Counted from the first letter of the stretch, positions 28,553 to 43,844 are shown. The stretch is DNA of 64,000 nt from Eledone cirrhosa (GCA_964016885.1 OZ024743.1:294128001-294192000), one strand, 5' to 3'. The notes: generated by a model from the letters alone, not told the origin. Translations and numbers: made by a program.

Positions 28553-29077
28553 GCTTTACGATCGATTCGGAAAACAATCACATTCACAACCGAGTTTGTA
28601 ATAGTATAATGAAAATGTAAGCCGATTGCTATCATATTTTGATGAATATACACACACAGAAAGAAACACGTTACTATAAAAGTATATTATTTCAATCCCA
28701 AAAAATAGATAACAAGCAACATTATAACTTTTCGGACGCTTGTTTTTCATCAAAAAGGAAACTACAGCAAATACACAGGGAAGCTTTGAGGATTGTAGAA
28801 ACAGGAAAGACATGAAATATGGAAGGGTAAGAAATGAGTGAGGTCAAATTTCAGGCTTCTTACTCAAAATATGTATGTATTTATGTATTGATATGTGTAT
28901 GCATGCATGTATGTATATATGTATGTGTGTATTTATATGTTTATGTATATGTGTATGCATGTATGTATGTATGTATGTATGTATGTATTTATGTGTGTGC
29001 ATGTATGTATGTATGCATGTATTTATATGTGTATGGATGTATGTATGTATATATATGTCTGTATGTATATTTGTGTT

Positions 29078-29114
<37 letters not shown>

Positions 29115-29277
29115 TAGGTATATTGCTTCAGCTGTATCTTGCAATATGTTAAATTTATTGTAGCCATTAAACCACACATTTGCATACATCTTTTAATTTG
29201 TTATTTCTTTATTATTATTTCCGAGAATTTCCCGCATTAGTAGAGAGTAGGTCAACATGCTTTGAATCATATAGACA

Positions 29278-29617
29278 CGTCACGTTTCGTTCTAAGTTCA
29301 AATCCGGTCAAGGGTAGCTTTGCTTTCATCCTTACAGGGTCAATAAAATAAAGTACTAGTAACGCACTGGAATCGATTTAATCGACTTTCCCCTTTTGCC
29401 TTAATCAGAAACCAATACTATTTCGGTGGAATATCACTATCAGTAGAGTGTCAGAAGGTATGTTTTTTGGCATGTAGGGATGTGTTGAGTCCAAATCCGA
29501 CCGAAAATAGCTTTGCTTTTCATCCTTAAAGTACCAGTAACGCACTGGGATTGATTTAATGGAATTTATCCTTCCCTTGACATTGCTGACCTTGTGTCAA
29601 ATGTAGAAATAATTATT
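29278..29617 (+). mobile_element. Two tandem degenerate SINE copies
   Basis: gttcaaatcc...tttgctttcatccttacaggg...agtac.agtaacgcactgg occurs twice. Confidence 0.75.
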
Positions 29618-30083
29618 TCGAAATAATTAATATACATCATTTGATATCAATATATCTATAACCTGCTGATCTTTGATATTCAGGTGTATTTATCGAAGCC
29701 CACTGTTAGTAATTTCCTATAATCCTGGCAGTAGAAGTCTTGGATGTACTATATTATTTCCGTTATCCCTGTCTTTTTCATTGCCACAGTATTCGATTCC
29801 TATTTAACCATCTTTCCTTTTATTTTTTTAGTTTTGCTTGCATTTTGTTCTCTTCATTATTTATTTATTATGTATATAGTGAATATTTTTCTCTCTCAAC
29901 TGTTTACCGTATTATTCATAAACTGGCGTATTGTATTGTTCGTAGGCTGGGTATTTTGTTTTCAGTTTTTCTTTGTCTATTCTTGGTTTATTCCGTTCTC
30001 GTTATTCTCTTTCTTTTGCTTTGATTCTTTATATATATATGCACACACACACTCACGCACTCACACATACACACAGATATATA

Positions 30084-30168
<85 letters not shown>

Positions 30169-31016
30169 GCACACACACACACACACACACACTCACACAT
30201 ACAACCATATATATATATATATATACGTACGTACATATGTATGTATATGTAAATAAAATTGCCGTTTTTCGACGGCCTTCATTGGATTGTACTAAACACC
30301 TTTCCTTGCGAAAAATCGTACTTCTCAAATTAATGATACACACTTCCCTACATCAATGTACAAGAATATACAGTGGGTGGTTTAGTCAAAGAGAATTGTT
30401 TCGGGTGTTTATTACACACCATCAGCATGGAAAATAATAACTATAATAATCATTAGGGATATCATATATTAGTCCTTAACTTATGCTAATTTGTTTATTT
30501 CGGAGAATATGTGGTATTTATTCTGTATCGCTTCGGTTCGAGGTCAACCAATTTGGTTTGTCTCTGGACATCAACCTAGCCTCATTGACAGTTACAAAAT
30601 CCTTACCAGTCAACTCATACGCTGAGACATAATAGATCAGTCAATTTAACTGTCACTCGCATTTAAATAAATTGAGTATCCATATTTGAACACAGCTTGT
30701 TCGGCCGCAGCTTTTTAGATCAAACGCGTTAAAACTGTTGTCTGAATATAGTGAAATGAGAAATTAAACGCAAGCGACCTAGTGGGAAGAATGTTAACTT
30801 CATGATTATGGATTCGGTAACCAGATCTGGTGGTGTATTGTGTGCATCACCTCATTATATTTAACTCCATTCCAGTCATTTGATAATCAGTAGCAGCAAC
30901 AGCTGGTCTTAACATTGCTATGAAGTGTATTCTCTTCGTACTTCAAATCAAATAAAGCTAGGATAATATACGCATGCAAACTAATACCACAAAAAAAAAA
31001 AGAAATCGATGGCACA

Positions 31017-31236
31017 AATGGTTTCTGATTTAGGGATAAGACCAACAGATTGTAGAGGAGAGGAATGTCCATTAAATCAACCCCATTACGTTACTTATAC
31101 TTTATTTTATCGACTCTGTAAGGATGAATGGCAAAGCTAATCTTGGCGGGATTTTGAACCCAGAATTCAAAGGGCCATAACTCTATGCTGCAAAGCATGT
31201 TGTCTGACGTTGTACCAATACAGTCAACCCACCACC
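31017..31236 (-). mobile_element. tRNA-derived SINE
   Basis: Shared ttattttatcgac...aaggatgaa.ggcaaag...ggcgggatt core. Confidence 0.8.
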
Positions 31237-32042
31237 TTGACAATAGTGATAATAATGATGAAAGATGTAAAATTCATGACTTCGTAACGTGCCGAACTGC
31301 TTGAAATTGTTATTGAAATGATGGCGGAATGTTCACATGCTTCATGATGTCCGTTAACATAACAACTAAACTATTATGGAGTTAGAGTAAGTGGAAGGAT
31401 GTATTGCATGTACTCTCTAACACAGAAAGGTCAAACATTAACTGAATAAGCACCCAATAGAAACACCATCACCAAAACTCTCACCTTTTCCTTCTATTCT
31501 AAGTAGCTAGATATGTGAATGATCACATTGAACATTTTATACTGCATTACTGCAAAATTTTATGTATATAAAGTAGTAGTATTATCAATGTTAAGATGTT
31601 TTTCTTGTTAAAGTACAAAACAATACATACGGACACAATGAATATTTTACAAACAAAATTGTAATCGCTATCTATTTGTGTGTGAGAGTCTCTATCTATC
31701 TATTTCCTTCTCCCCTTCTCTTTCTCACTATATATATATATATGAATGTATGTATGTGTGTAAGTATGTATGCATGAATGTATATGTATATATATGTAAA
31801 AACATATATGTATATATGTCTATATATATATATATAAACTCACAATTGTATGTGTAAGTCTTTATATACGTGTGCGCACAATTCCTGTAGGTTTTCCAAT
31901 ACATACATACAATCACACAAATACTCATGTAGATATATACCTACATACATGCACCCACACACACACACACATATATATATATTTACATAGATACATACAC
32001 TCACACACATATATATATATACATATATAAGTATATATATAA

Positions 32043-32108
<66 letters not shown>

Positions 32109-32494
32109 GCATATATAAACCGACACATGTACAGTTTTCTAATACATATATGGGAATAATTAAATTGAGTCTAATTAACATAAATGAATATGCATGAGCG
32201 TAATGTGTTTCGGCAAAACTCTTTATCAGTTGTTCATATTTATTGTTGTTGTTATTGTAATGTTGTATTACTGTATTGTCGTCTTGTCTTTCGATGTTGT
32301 TGTTGTTTCTATTGCTGTTCTCACTACTAAATTGAATAAATACATAAATATCAGTTAGTCTTATAGATTGTGCATTCTAAACAGCATGTGTTCGTTTGTA
32401 CGTATATCATTGTATGCATAAATATATATACCCGTGATTATCTATCTATCTGTGTGCATATACACACACGCGCACACACACGCGCACACACACA

Positions 32495-32584
<90 letters not shown>

Positions 32585-33024
32585 CGTATATATATATACA
32601 TATATATATACATTTATATATATACATATATATATATATGTATGTGTAAATATATTTTAATAATACATGTATCAACAGAAACCATAATCACTATCACCCG
32701 TATATATATAATTGTAGGCAGACGCATGACTCAAGCTCGTTCTCCTTCTTTCGCTTTCGCTTTCTACCTCTTTCTTCCTCGGTGTGTGTACGTGTGTGTG
32801 TGTTGGGGGGTGGGGGTGGGGGTGTATATCCACAATCAGTGAGGTGTTGATTTTCTGTAAATTATATACATAATGCAGGTTCAATTCTCTTTTGTTCCAT
32901 AATGATTATATTACATGGTGCACAAGGGATTATTGGATAAGATCTGCCGACTTAGAGAAGAAGCGGGTTAGAAATAAATGGGGATTTAGTATCAGGTGAA
33001 GGGAAAATACATGTATATGCATAC

Positions 33025-33104
<80 letters not shown>

Positions 33105-33185
33105 CTGTGTCTGTGTGTGTGAGGTAATTCCGAAGGAAAAGCAAAGGAAAAAAGAGTGCTCTAAAGAGTGCTCTAAGAACAGAGC

Positions 33186-33462
<277 letters not shown>

Positions 33463-33567
33463 TAAGAAGTGACACGCGGGTTGACATATAGGAAAATAAG
33501 AAAAACAGTGCAGAATGCTAATAGGATTTTCTAATTGAATAACAGTAATTTTTTTTTTTAAATTAAT

Positions 33568-33629
33568 TTATCATACCGGTTTCAGCCGATAATTGTTTCG
33601 GGTTCTTCATACTACAGAAAATATGATGA
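33568..33629 (-). ncRNA. Candidate variant or degenerate hammerhead
   Basis: Minus: atca [tatt ttctgt agta] TGAAGA acccga aacaatta tcggct GAA ACCGGT A tgat. Confidence 0.45.
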
Positions 33630-34097
33630 AAAGTACATTATAAAATTAATGTGTATATTAATTTGAAGAGGGTATTAGAGAACATAGTTTACATATATAA
33701 AATAGTTCACATTTTCGTTTATCTCTTTCTCTTTCTTTCTCTCTCCTCGTTGGTGGTTTGCTGGTAGTAGCAGCTAATATGTGTATATATATATATATAT
33801 AAATAATTGATGCTGATGATTACTAAAGAGGAGTAAAACGGAGAATTTTTATCGCCGAGATTTTAAGGTCCTAATGTATATATGTATTCATATATGTATA
33901 TATGAATACATATAACAAAGTAAATCTGGTAAGATACCAGGCGGCCCATAATGCACCAGAGTACTCGATTCTTAGGTAGTAGAGTGGGTAATAGGAAAAG
34001 AGTCAGAATCCCGACGGATGAGCTCCGGTTTTTTGGACCTAGCCATCGGGATCCTGACTCTTTTCCTATGAATATATATATATATATATATATATAT

Positions 34098-34172
<75 letters not shown>

Positions 34173-36654
34173 AATAAAACCCATCCCAAATGACCCAGAA
34201 AAGCAACAAAAACGTAGGGAAAAAAGGGCCTTAGAAAAGTTTAAAATACAAATAGAACTGTTGCGGTTAGGAGCCAACTCCAACGAAGAAAAATTCAAGT
34301 CACTCGACCAACAGATGGAAACAGAAATCTCAAGGCACTCTGAAGGCCTACTCTATCTGAAGGCCTACTCTATGAAAAAAACCTTAAAATTTTGGAAAGA
34401 AAATTGTGAGGATGAAGAACTAACATCCCCCATCGATGGGGAAAAAACGCCACCTTGTTCAACAACTACGAAATGGATTTCAAAAATGAACACCATACAG
34501 GTAACACAATTTAAAAAGAAACTCACACACCACACTCACAACAAATGACAAAAAATGTCAGAGGAATTTAAAGGAGAATAACGACCAATCAATTGTACGG
34601 AATAAAAGCAGCTACAACCCAACAAAGGGTAGGAACAGAGTTCTGGACAAATGTTGTGACCTCATAGCAACTTTCCCATACCATAAACTAACGCAACCTA
34701 AACTCACACCCAACACGAGTCGAAGCGAATGGGAGATTATCTATGAACTAAAAAACAATACTGACATTGTAATTAAGAAAGCGGACAAGGGAAGTACTGT
34801 CGTCATTATGGATGCTGAACAATATAAAAATTCTATGTTCTCTCCCTTACAATACACTAACTACTATGAAAGAGTAAAAAACTACTGATTAAACACATTC
34901 ATTTGCCGATACCAGGAAGACTTAACTAAAAAGGAATGTGATTATTTAACACATTTTGAATACAAAACCACCAACCTTTACGCACTTCCGAAGATCCACA
35001 AGTGTAAATTAATTAACGATGCCTGTAAACAATCCACCTCAACCTGCGTGAACACACAATACCCCACATACCTTAAATTAAGACCAATTGTAGCGGGCCC
35101 ACAATGTGAAACACACAGACTAAGCACCTTTATAGACATACTACTAAAACCAATTCTCAAACACATACCAAGCTTTGTAAGAGACGATATGGACCTCTTA
35201 AACCACCTCCCCAAACATGTCAACAACGACACTATTATTGTGTCTTTCGATGTAGTGAATCCATACACAACGATTCCACACCAATACGGACTGGAAGCAA
35301 TATGATTCTGGCTACAGAAATATCCCAATGAGATACCTGACAGAATAGAAAAAAGCTTCATCACCGAGGGATTAATATTTATTTTACAGAACAACCTTTT
35401 TGATTTCGATGGCAGCAGTTACATGCAAATATCGGGGACTGCGATGGGTACAAAAGTCGCTCCAACTTATGCCAACTTAGTAATGGCATACTTGGAAGTC
35501 CAGATATATGAACACTCCGAATCAAAATATGGATTGAACTTCCACAAATATTTATCAGAGAATTGGAAACCCAACTTGGATGATTGTCTTATTCTTTGGT
35601 CTCACACTCTCGACCAACTAAATGATTTCAAAAAATTAATTAACGGCATGAATAACCACACCCAATTCACAATGTAATACAACCAAGATCAACTCCCATT
35701 TCTGGACATCTTAATCATAAAAAATACACAAATATTGAAACTGACATACTACAAACCAACAGATTCCAAACAATACCTGCTATTCACCTCCAACCATCCA
35801 AAGAACACAAAGACGAACATCCCTTTTAACCTAGCAAGAAGATTTGGTACAATTGTCTCCAATTATGAAACGCGAAATAAAAGACTTCACGACTTAAAGG
35901 AAATTCTGCTCTAAAGACAGTACCCACCATTACTAATAAATAATGTAATAGAAAGGGCTAAAGCGATAGGCATTGATAAATTACGAAAACAGAAACAAAT
36001 TCAAGGTACGTCCAATATTCTATCATATATCTCAACACACAACCCAAGAAATGCGGAAGCTTACAACATTATTCACAAGAACATCCGACTATTGAAACAA
36101 GACCCAAGAATGAAAAAAGCCCTTGAAACACAAAATAATCAAAAGCAAAAGAGAACCGAAATCACTAAAAACATTATTCACCAATGCCAAAAAACTACCA
36201 CAAAGCCACAACCAACAGTCAAAAAATGTGGTCGCTCTAATTGTGGAACCTGCACTCACCTCATTGAAGGCAACATGAACAGTTCAATCAGGACAAAATT
36301 TTGTTGTAAAAAATCACTTCACTTGCTCATCAAAAAATTTAATTTATGCCATTAAATGTAAAGGATGCAATGAAGATTATATAGGACAAACTAAACTCAC
36401 ACTCAGAAACAATGACAATTCATCGCCAACAATTACGAGACCCTACCACAAGACAGATACGACTCAGTGCACATCTAGACATATGAGCAAGTGATAAGAC
36501 ACCCAAATTCCAAGTTTTCCCATTCAATCTTTGCGCTGACAATACAACAGACCAAATACGAATAAATAAGGAAAATATGTTTATTCAAAAATATAGACCA
36601 GCATTAAATATAGTTTAATATACGTTATGTTAACACCATAACATGCTAACCATC

Positions 36655-36690
<36 letters not shown>

Positions 36691-36889
36691 AGCACCCAAA
36701 TAAAAATCATATCTCTACTTTCTTTATTTCAATAGAAAGTCTGAATTGTGACACCTCAGCACATCAGCCATACTCACTGAGCCAGAACAAATCTCCCCAT
36801 CCCTTTTTTCTTGACCATTAAATTGTGTTTGGCACAAAATTCTCTAAATGTCTTAAAAAAAAAATTCCCAAATACTTTTACTGTACTTG

Positions 36890-37195
36890 TTCACGTGACA
36901 GTTATAATTTCATTTAGAACCAATCAAATTACATTTATAAAAAGTTTTTTGAGCCCCTTTCTTAATTAAAAAGAAACTCAAACACAAACTGGCGCGAAAG
37001 TTGATGTGCTTATTCACCTGACTGCATCAACCAACCAAATTTCACTCATATATAAAAAACAATCTGAGCACCCCCCCCCCCCCCTTTTTTTTCAAAGGCA
37101 TATATAAGAACTTTGTAACGCGAACTGGCGCGAAATTTATTATACTTATTCACGTGACAGTCTTCGACCAACCAAATTACTTTTCCATATAAAAC
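36890..37195 (+). promoter_or_regulatory. Repeated promoter-like module in PLE 3' pseudo-LTR
   Basis: GGCGCGAAA at 36991 and 37127, TCACGTGAC at 36891 and 37150, CCAAT/CCAAC boxes and TATAAAA, in 2-3 repeats upstream of the HHR. Confidence 0.45.
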
Positions 37196-37254
37196 AGAAG
37201 TAACATTCGAACATCAACCAGATGCGAGAAAAAACCACAAATCCTCTATCTCAA

Positions 37255-37298
37255 TTCTACTTTTGAAAAGCACAAGCACGGCGAAACCGGTAAAGGAA
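37255..37298 (+). ncRNA. Minimal hammerhead, U3-A8 variant
   Basis: ctt TTGAAAA gc acaagcacg gc GAA ACCGGT A aag, at the 3' end of the Neptune-type element. Confidence 0.7.
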
Positions 37299-38981
37299 CC
37301 AAATAAATATTTTTTAAAAGACTCCGGTTGCATTTTCGATTTTATCTTTTTTCCTTATACTTTCACTCATGTAGGACATCTGTTTTTTTTTCATTTTCTA
37401 ATATTCATATATATATATATATATATACGTGTGTGTATATAGGTTTATATGTATATATATGTATATATATGTATATATATATGTATATGATATGTGTGCG
37501 TGTGTGTGTGTTTGCTTATAAATGTACATTTATATATAAATGTATATTTATATAGAAACAATTCGTTTTTGTATTTATTTTGCAAGATTTCTCATCTGAA
37601 AACGTGTGTTGAAATAGATATTGTTATAATTTGTGAGGGTACTGCTGCCAATAAAAACGCACGTACCTTTTGGGGTTCACTTCAATCTATTATAAACTCT
37701 GTTGCTTAGTTTAATAACCGGATCGTTGTTTGTTTATTGTCTTTCGACACACATTCTGTGACGTCCTCGGAGACTACAGTTGTAGTTATTTTGTTCCTCT
37801 CTTTTGTTTTGTCATACACCATCTTGTTTTTGTGAGCTGTGAGCTGTGTACTTGGGCTGCGCAAGAGTATATCCGTGTGTGTGTGAGTGTTTTTTTTTAT
37901 TTAGGTAATACGTTTATTTACTTGTCACTAGTTTGTTCTTTGTTCAATCTGACCGTGTATGTTTTTTGGGTTTTTTTTTTATTAGCTTGGTTCTTGCGTG
38001 TCTCTGTATGCTTTTATCTTGTCCTTAGTTACTAGTAGTGTTTTTGTTGCAATTCCATTCATGTTTTCTGTTTAGTTTTGGTAGGAGCTAGTTTGTCTAT
38101 CGCTTCTGTAATCTGTCGGGGCATTGCATCTTTTCTGTGTTTGGATATGATTTTTATCTCCATGTTCCCTAGTGTGCCTCCATCTTTCATTCTTGTATGT
38201 TGGTGGGGTACCGATGTTGTCCGTAATTTAGTGGATAGCCCGGAAGCTGAGGACAGAAGTGTAGAGGGAAACTACGTTTTAACTAAATGGGTATTTATTC
38301 TGTCTAAGAGTGGTTGCCTCAAGTTCTTTTAATCTGTTGACTACTTCATGTAAACTATCTACGCGATACTATCTACGTGATACTATCTACGTAAGCTATC
38401 ACGGAATGTGTGGAGTAAAGCCAGAAAGTTTTATAGAAAGGACCATTTATGCTAGAACGATGGGTCTATTTTTCACGTTTGGTTCCCATTGTTTTTATAT
38501 ATGTTTTTATATATGTTTTTATATATGTGTATATATATATATATTTATACATAGTTTGCAAGTCACTACTCTCATTCACGTTTTTATATACTTTTGTGCG
38601 TGCATCCTGTGAATTTATAATTTTCACCGCATCCTTCTCGACAATAAATAGCATCAACATTCGTTTAAAATCCCACCCTACAATCGTACAAATGGAAGAG
38701 CACATTAATAAGCGTATATTTAGGTTATAAAGAATGATTGGATGGGATAGGCACGACTAGAAAATATTGTTTTATTCTATTACTGATTTCAGTGATCAGA
38801 CTGCGGTTATTTGGGTAGTTAATTTGTAATATTGCCGATAGTTTTTTCCAAACCGTAAACTTACAAGACAAGCAAATATTAAGGCAAACTCCTGGCATAG
38901 ACATATATTTCCATTCTCCTGAGGTCATTGATCAGGGAAGAAACAACAACAACAACATATATAAAAATATAAAAATCCCCC

Positions 38982-39097
38982 ATAATTGTTTTTACTTTTG
39001 GTACAAGGCCAGCAATTATCCCAGTGTATTACTGGTACTTTATTTTATCGACCCCGTAAGGATGAAAGGCAAAGGTAACCTCAGTGGGATTTGAACC
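38982..39097 (-). mobile_element. SINE fragment
   Basis: Same family core as 54536-54727. Confidence 0.85.
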
Positions 39098-39375
39098 ATA
39101 AAATTAATAATCCCCAACATCACTCCAATGAATCTAAGAATGTATATAAGAACAGAAGGTCGCTAGAAGTCAACAACAGGCTATCAACATTACGTTGAAG
39201 GAACTGATATTCTCACTATTGCTATGACTAGCAAAAGATTTATATTTTCGTATATTTTTATATATCTAAGTACACAAAAATCACAAACACACTTATATAC
39301 ATGCACTCCTATATATATATATATATATATATAGGAGTGCACATATATAAGTGTGTTTGTGATTTTTGTGTACTT

Positions 39376-39416
<41 letters not shown>

Positions 39417-39490
39417 AGTGCATGTATATAAGTGTGTTTGTGATTTTTGTGTACTTAGATATATAAAAAAATAGGAAAATGTAAATCTTT

Positions 39491-39522
<32 letters not shown>

Positions 39523-39563
39523 CGATATTAAATAAATGGAAACTATATTTATAAAACCATATT

Positions 39564-39629
39564 TATTTCATTATATATATTTCAGGGATATCATATTAAC
39601 AATATGCTATGCCTTCCTCAGACAAAATA
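39564..39629 (-). ncRNA. Type I hammerhead (left-arm mirror copy)
   Basis: Reverse complement of 43409-43474. Confidence 0.8.
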
Positions 39630-40502
39630 CAATATAGACAGTTTTATAGATAAATAGATTTCACATACCGTTCAACATCGACTTGTATTTGAAAAGTTGA
39701 TTTGGCAGTGAAAAAATTGTAAACAGAAAGAAAGAAAGAGAGAAAGAAGGAAAGAAAGAAAAGAAAGAAAGAAAACGAAGAAAAAGAAGAAAAAGAAGAA
39801 AAAGAAGAAATGCATGTAACAAAATAGAGAGATGGAAAGATAGATAAAGAGAAGAACTTCATGTAAAGAAACAGAGAGAGATATATATAGAGAGAGGAAA
39901 TAGATAGAGATAGATATATATAGAGAAAAGTAGGTAGTTGGACATCCGTTGAATAAACGTATCAATGATACATTTATTTATTTATTTATTTATTTAGCTC
40001 TAGTATTAATGTAAGGGAGATATATGTGGTTAGGAGAGAAACCAGCTGTTATATAGAGAGAAAAATGAAAAGTAACCAGACATAGGCGAGGCATAAAAAC
40101 CCTATGTTTTAATGTAGAAGTATTAGTATGTATAAAAACCAGGCACTATAATGTAAATATCAGTATTCCTGAATGAGACACGTATCCATAATGTGTGAAA
40201 AGTAATGATCTTATGTTTAGTTTTAAAAATTCATATGTTTATATGATAACTACAAACATCGATGTGAATTTACGTGATCAACTCTGCAAACCCCAATTTC
40301 ACACGGAGAACATTCTCATTGTGCTATAAAAATTTAAGTATACATATATCTGTATATATATACACATATATATAGAGTCTATATTAATTTTAACAATACT
40401 ATTCTTGTCTTTACTCTACATGATTATCTATCAAGCAGAAAAAGAGAACAGATTTCAATATATTAATAAAAAATATCAGAAACAAAAACAAAAAAATAAA
40501 AA

Positions 40503-40535
<33 letters not shown>

Positions 40536-41533
40536 TAATAAAATAGAAAACTAAAAAATATTACGAAAAAATATTACATATTAAAAATTAAAATATTAGA
40601 AAATACTACAACAATAAAAATAAACCACAAAGATCAACCCTTCAAAATTAATTGACAATATATTGCCAAGTTCATTATAAGCATCAGAGTCGAAAACAGA
40701 TAAAGCTAAAAATTATTTATCAAATCGCGTCTAGCAAAAATCATTTCAAAAAGTTTAGGATGTCCATTTGGTCTACATGTGTTCTTATATTTAATATAGA
40801 AGTTTATCTATTGTAACGTTTATTCGAAATATTTGGAGCATCAACTTTTAGGGTAGTTTAATTTTTCATGAAGAATGTTTAAATAAAAATAAAAAATAAA
40901 AAGAAGAATAAAAAGAAGAAATCGAAAGATTTATCGGCTAGTTTCCCAAATAATTATAAATCAAACTAAATATACTACATTTTAAATTTAAATTTATATT
41001 TAAAAGTTGAATTTAATCTATGTTTGCAGCAACTGAATAAATTTGTCCGTAGATTAAGGGAATCTTTAGATTTTAGTATAAAGAATATCTCCTCTGCGCA
41101 GAGGTCACATGTCTCAGAGGATGAATTAAAAGGAATCCCTCTTGAGACTATATTCCAAGCCGTCGAATATCTAACGTTATCTAGCTTAAGTTGCCAGAGT
41201 ACGCCTGATAGTGCTGTTGAAGATTTTTTGCTTGGATCTGTGAAAGAATTCTTGTGGTTATTATAGCGAAGTTTAAATTCCGTCGATGTGGAACCGACGT
41301 AGTTAAATTAGAGTCAGTTTTAACATTACAATTGTATATTATATTTTTAACTAAGCAGTTGTTATTTAACGGACATTTAGATCTATCTCTACAGTTACAT
41401 TTGTTAACTTGTATATTATTTATGCTATTACCACTAGGTTTTAAGTTCCTATTATTTATTCTATTAATATTTTGTGGTAAATTTTTGGTGGATGAGTAGG
41501 TTAATTTTATAGTATGTCTATTGAAAATTGAGT

Positions 41534-43603
41534 CATACTATAAAATTAAACTACTCATCCACCAAAAATTTACCACAAAATATTAATAGAATAAATAATA
41601 GGAACTTAAAACCTAGTGGTAATAGCATAAATAATATACAAGTTAACAAATGTAACTGTAGAGATAGATCTAAATGTCCGTTAAATAACAACTGCTTAGT
41701 TAAAAATATAATATACAATTGTAATGTTAAAACTGACTCTAATTTAACTACGTCGGTTCCACATCGACGGAATTTAAACTTCGCTATAATAACCACAAGA
41801 ATTCTTTCACAGATCCAAGCAAAAAATCTTCAACAGCACTATCAGGCGTACTCTGGCAACTTAAGCTAGATAACGTTAGATATTCGACGGCTTGGAATAT
41901 AGTCTCAAGAGGGATTCCTTTTAATTCATCCTCTGAGACATGTGACCTCTGCGCAGAGGAGATATTCTTTATACTAAAATCTAAAAATTCCCTTAATCTA
42001 CGGACAAATTTATTCAGTTGCTGCAAACATAGATTAAATTCAACTTTTAAATATAAATTTAAATTTAAAATGTAGTATATTTAGTTTGATTTATAATTAT
42101 TTGGGAAACTAGCCGATAAATCTTTCGATTTCTTCTTTTTATTCTTCTTTTTATTTTTTATTTTTATTTAAACATTCTTCATGAAAAATTAAACTACCCT
42201 AAAAGTTGATGCTCCAAATATTTCGAATAAACGTTACACTAGATAAACTTCTATATTAAATATAAGAACACATGTAGACCAAATGGGCATCCTAAACTTT
42301 TTGAAATGATTTTTGCTAGACGCGATTTGATAAATAATTTTTAGCTTTATCTGTTTTCGACTCTGATGCTTATAATGAACTTGGCAATATATTGTCAATT
42401 AATTTTGAAGGGTTGATCTTTATGGTTTATTTTTATTGTTGTAGTATTTTCTAATATTTTAATTTTTAATATGTAATATTTTTTCGTAATATTTTTTAGT
42501 TTTCTATTTTATTATTATTTATTATTATTATTATTATTATTATTTTTTTATTTTTTTGTTTTTGTTTCTGATATTTTTTATTAATATATTGAAATCTGTT
42601 CTCTATTTCTGCTTGATAGATAATCATGTAGAGTAAAGACAAGAATAGTATTGTTAAAATTAATATAGACTCTATATATATGTGTATATATATACAGATA
42701 TATGTATACTTAAATTTTTATAGCACAATGAGAATGTTCTCCGTGTGAAATTGGGGTTTGCAGAATTGATCACGTAAATTCACATCGATGTTTGTAGTTA
42801 TCATATAAACATATGAATTTTTAAAACTAAACATAAGATCATTACTTTTCACACATTATGGATACGTGTCTTATTCAGGAATACTGATATTTACATTATA
42901 GTGCCTGGTTTTTATACATACTAATACTTCTACATTAAAACATAGGGTTTTTATGCCTCGCCTATGTCTGGTTACTTTTCATTTTTCTCTCTATATAACA
43001 GCTGGTTTCTCTCCTAACCACATATATCTCCCTTACATTAATACTAGAGCTAAATAAATAAATAAATAAATAAATGTATCATTGATACGTTTATTCAACG
43101 GATGTCCAACTACCTACTTTTCTCTATATATATCTATCTCTATCTATTTCCTCTCTCTATATATATCTCTCTCTGTTTCTTTACATGAAGTTCTTCTCTT
43201 TATCTATCTTTCCATCTCTCTATTTTGTTACATGCATTTCTTCTTTTTCTTCTTTTTCTTCGTTTTCTTTCTTTCTTTTCTTTCTTTCCTTCTTTCTCTC
43301 TTTCTTTCTTTCTGTTTACAATTTTTTCACTGCCAAATCAACTTTTCAAATACAAGTCGATGTTGAACGGTATGTCAAATCTATTTATCTATAAAACTGT
43401 CTATATTGTATTTTGTCTGAGGAAGGCATAGCATATTGTTAATATGATATCCCTGAAATATATATAATGAAATAAATATGGTTTTATAAATATAGTTTCC
43501 ATTTATTTAATATCGTAAATATACTCCAAATACTTGTTGAGTGCTTTTATATCAGTTATAAATATTTACTAGTTGTAACCCAACAATTTAAATATAACTT
43601 TCC
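41534..43603 (+). mobile_element. Penelope-like 3' fragment (GIY-YIG plus 3' UTR); mirrored on the minus strand at 39521-41533
   Basis: HTIKLNYS...CNCRDRSKCPLNNNC...IIYNC [frameshift] YVGST...CDLCAEE...CKHR. Confidence 0.9.
43409..43474 (+). ncRNA. Type I hammerhead ribozyme
   Basis: tattttgt CTGAGGA agg c ata g catatt gtt aatatg a tat c cct GAA ATATATAT A atgaaata. Confidence 0.8.
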
Positions 43604-43635
<32 letters not shown>

Positions 43636-43844
43636 TGGGTTTGTTGGTTCACCACTGGATATAACTGGGCATTCTGTGTAATGTTATGGAAAGCACTCAA
43701 CGTAATGCAACCACCCGTCTTCGTTTGTGTAGTTGGTGGTGCGAGTACGGAGTTGATTATTACAAATTAACGGGAGGCATGGTCTTGTCTCTGATTTAAA
43801 CACCAAAGATTTTTATCTAATATATTCCTTCGTTATATTTTGAA

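Larger units (their letters stand above)
34172..37400 (+). mobile_element. Neptune-type Penelope-like element, nearly full ORF but pseudogenised (RT, Zn-finger-like linker, GIY-YIG)
   Basis: IKKADKG, YALPKIHK, LRPIVAG, FDVVNPYTTIPH, GTAMGTKVAPTYANLVM, LDD, CGRSNCGTC, IYAIKCKGC...YIGQT. Many stops and frameshifts. Confidence 0.92.
39521..43517. repeat. 4-kb palindrome: two arms of about 2 kb (39521-41516 and 41534-43517), 17-nt spacer
   Basis: Arms are reverse complements with scattered substitutions and microsatellite length differences. Mirrored ORFs appear in the track. Confidence 0.97.

Noticed and set aside
32195-32240. Minus CTGATAA...GAAACACATTA hammerhead-like motif
   Set aside because: Stems I-III pair poorly and the core is mismatched.
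33812-33845. CTGATGA ttact...agtaaaac
   Set aside because: No GAAA, stem III or stem I.
39521-43517. Palindrome as a pure sequencing fold-back artefact
   Set aside because: The arms carry several independent substitutions and indels, and the geometry matches other PLE inversions here. Not fully excluded without reads.
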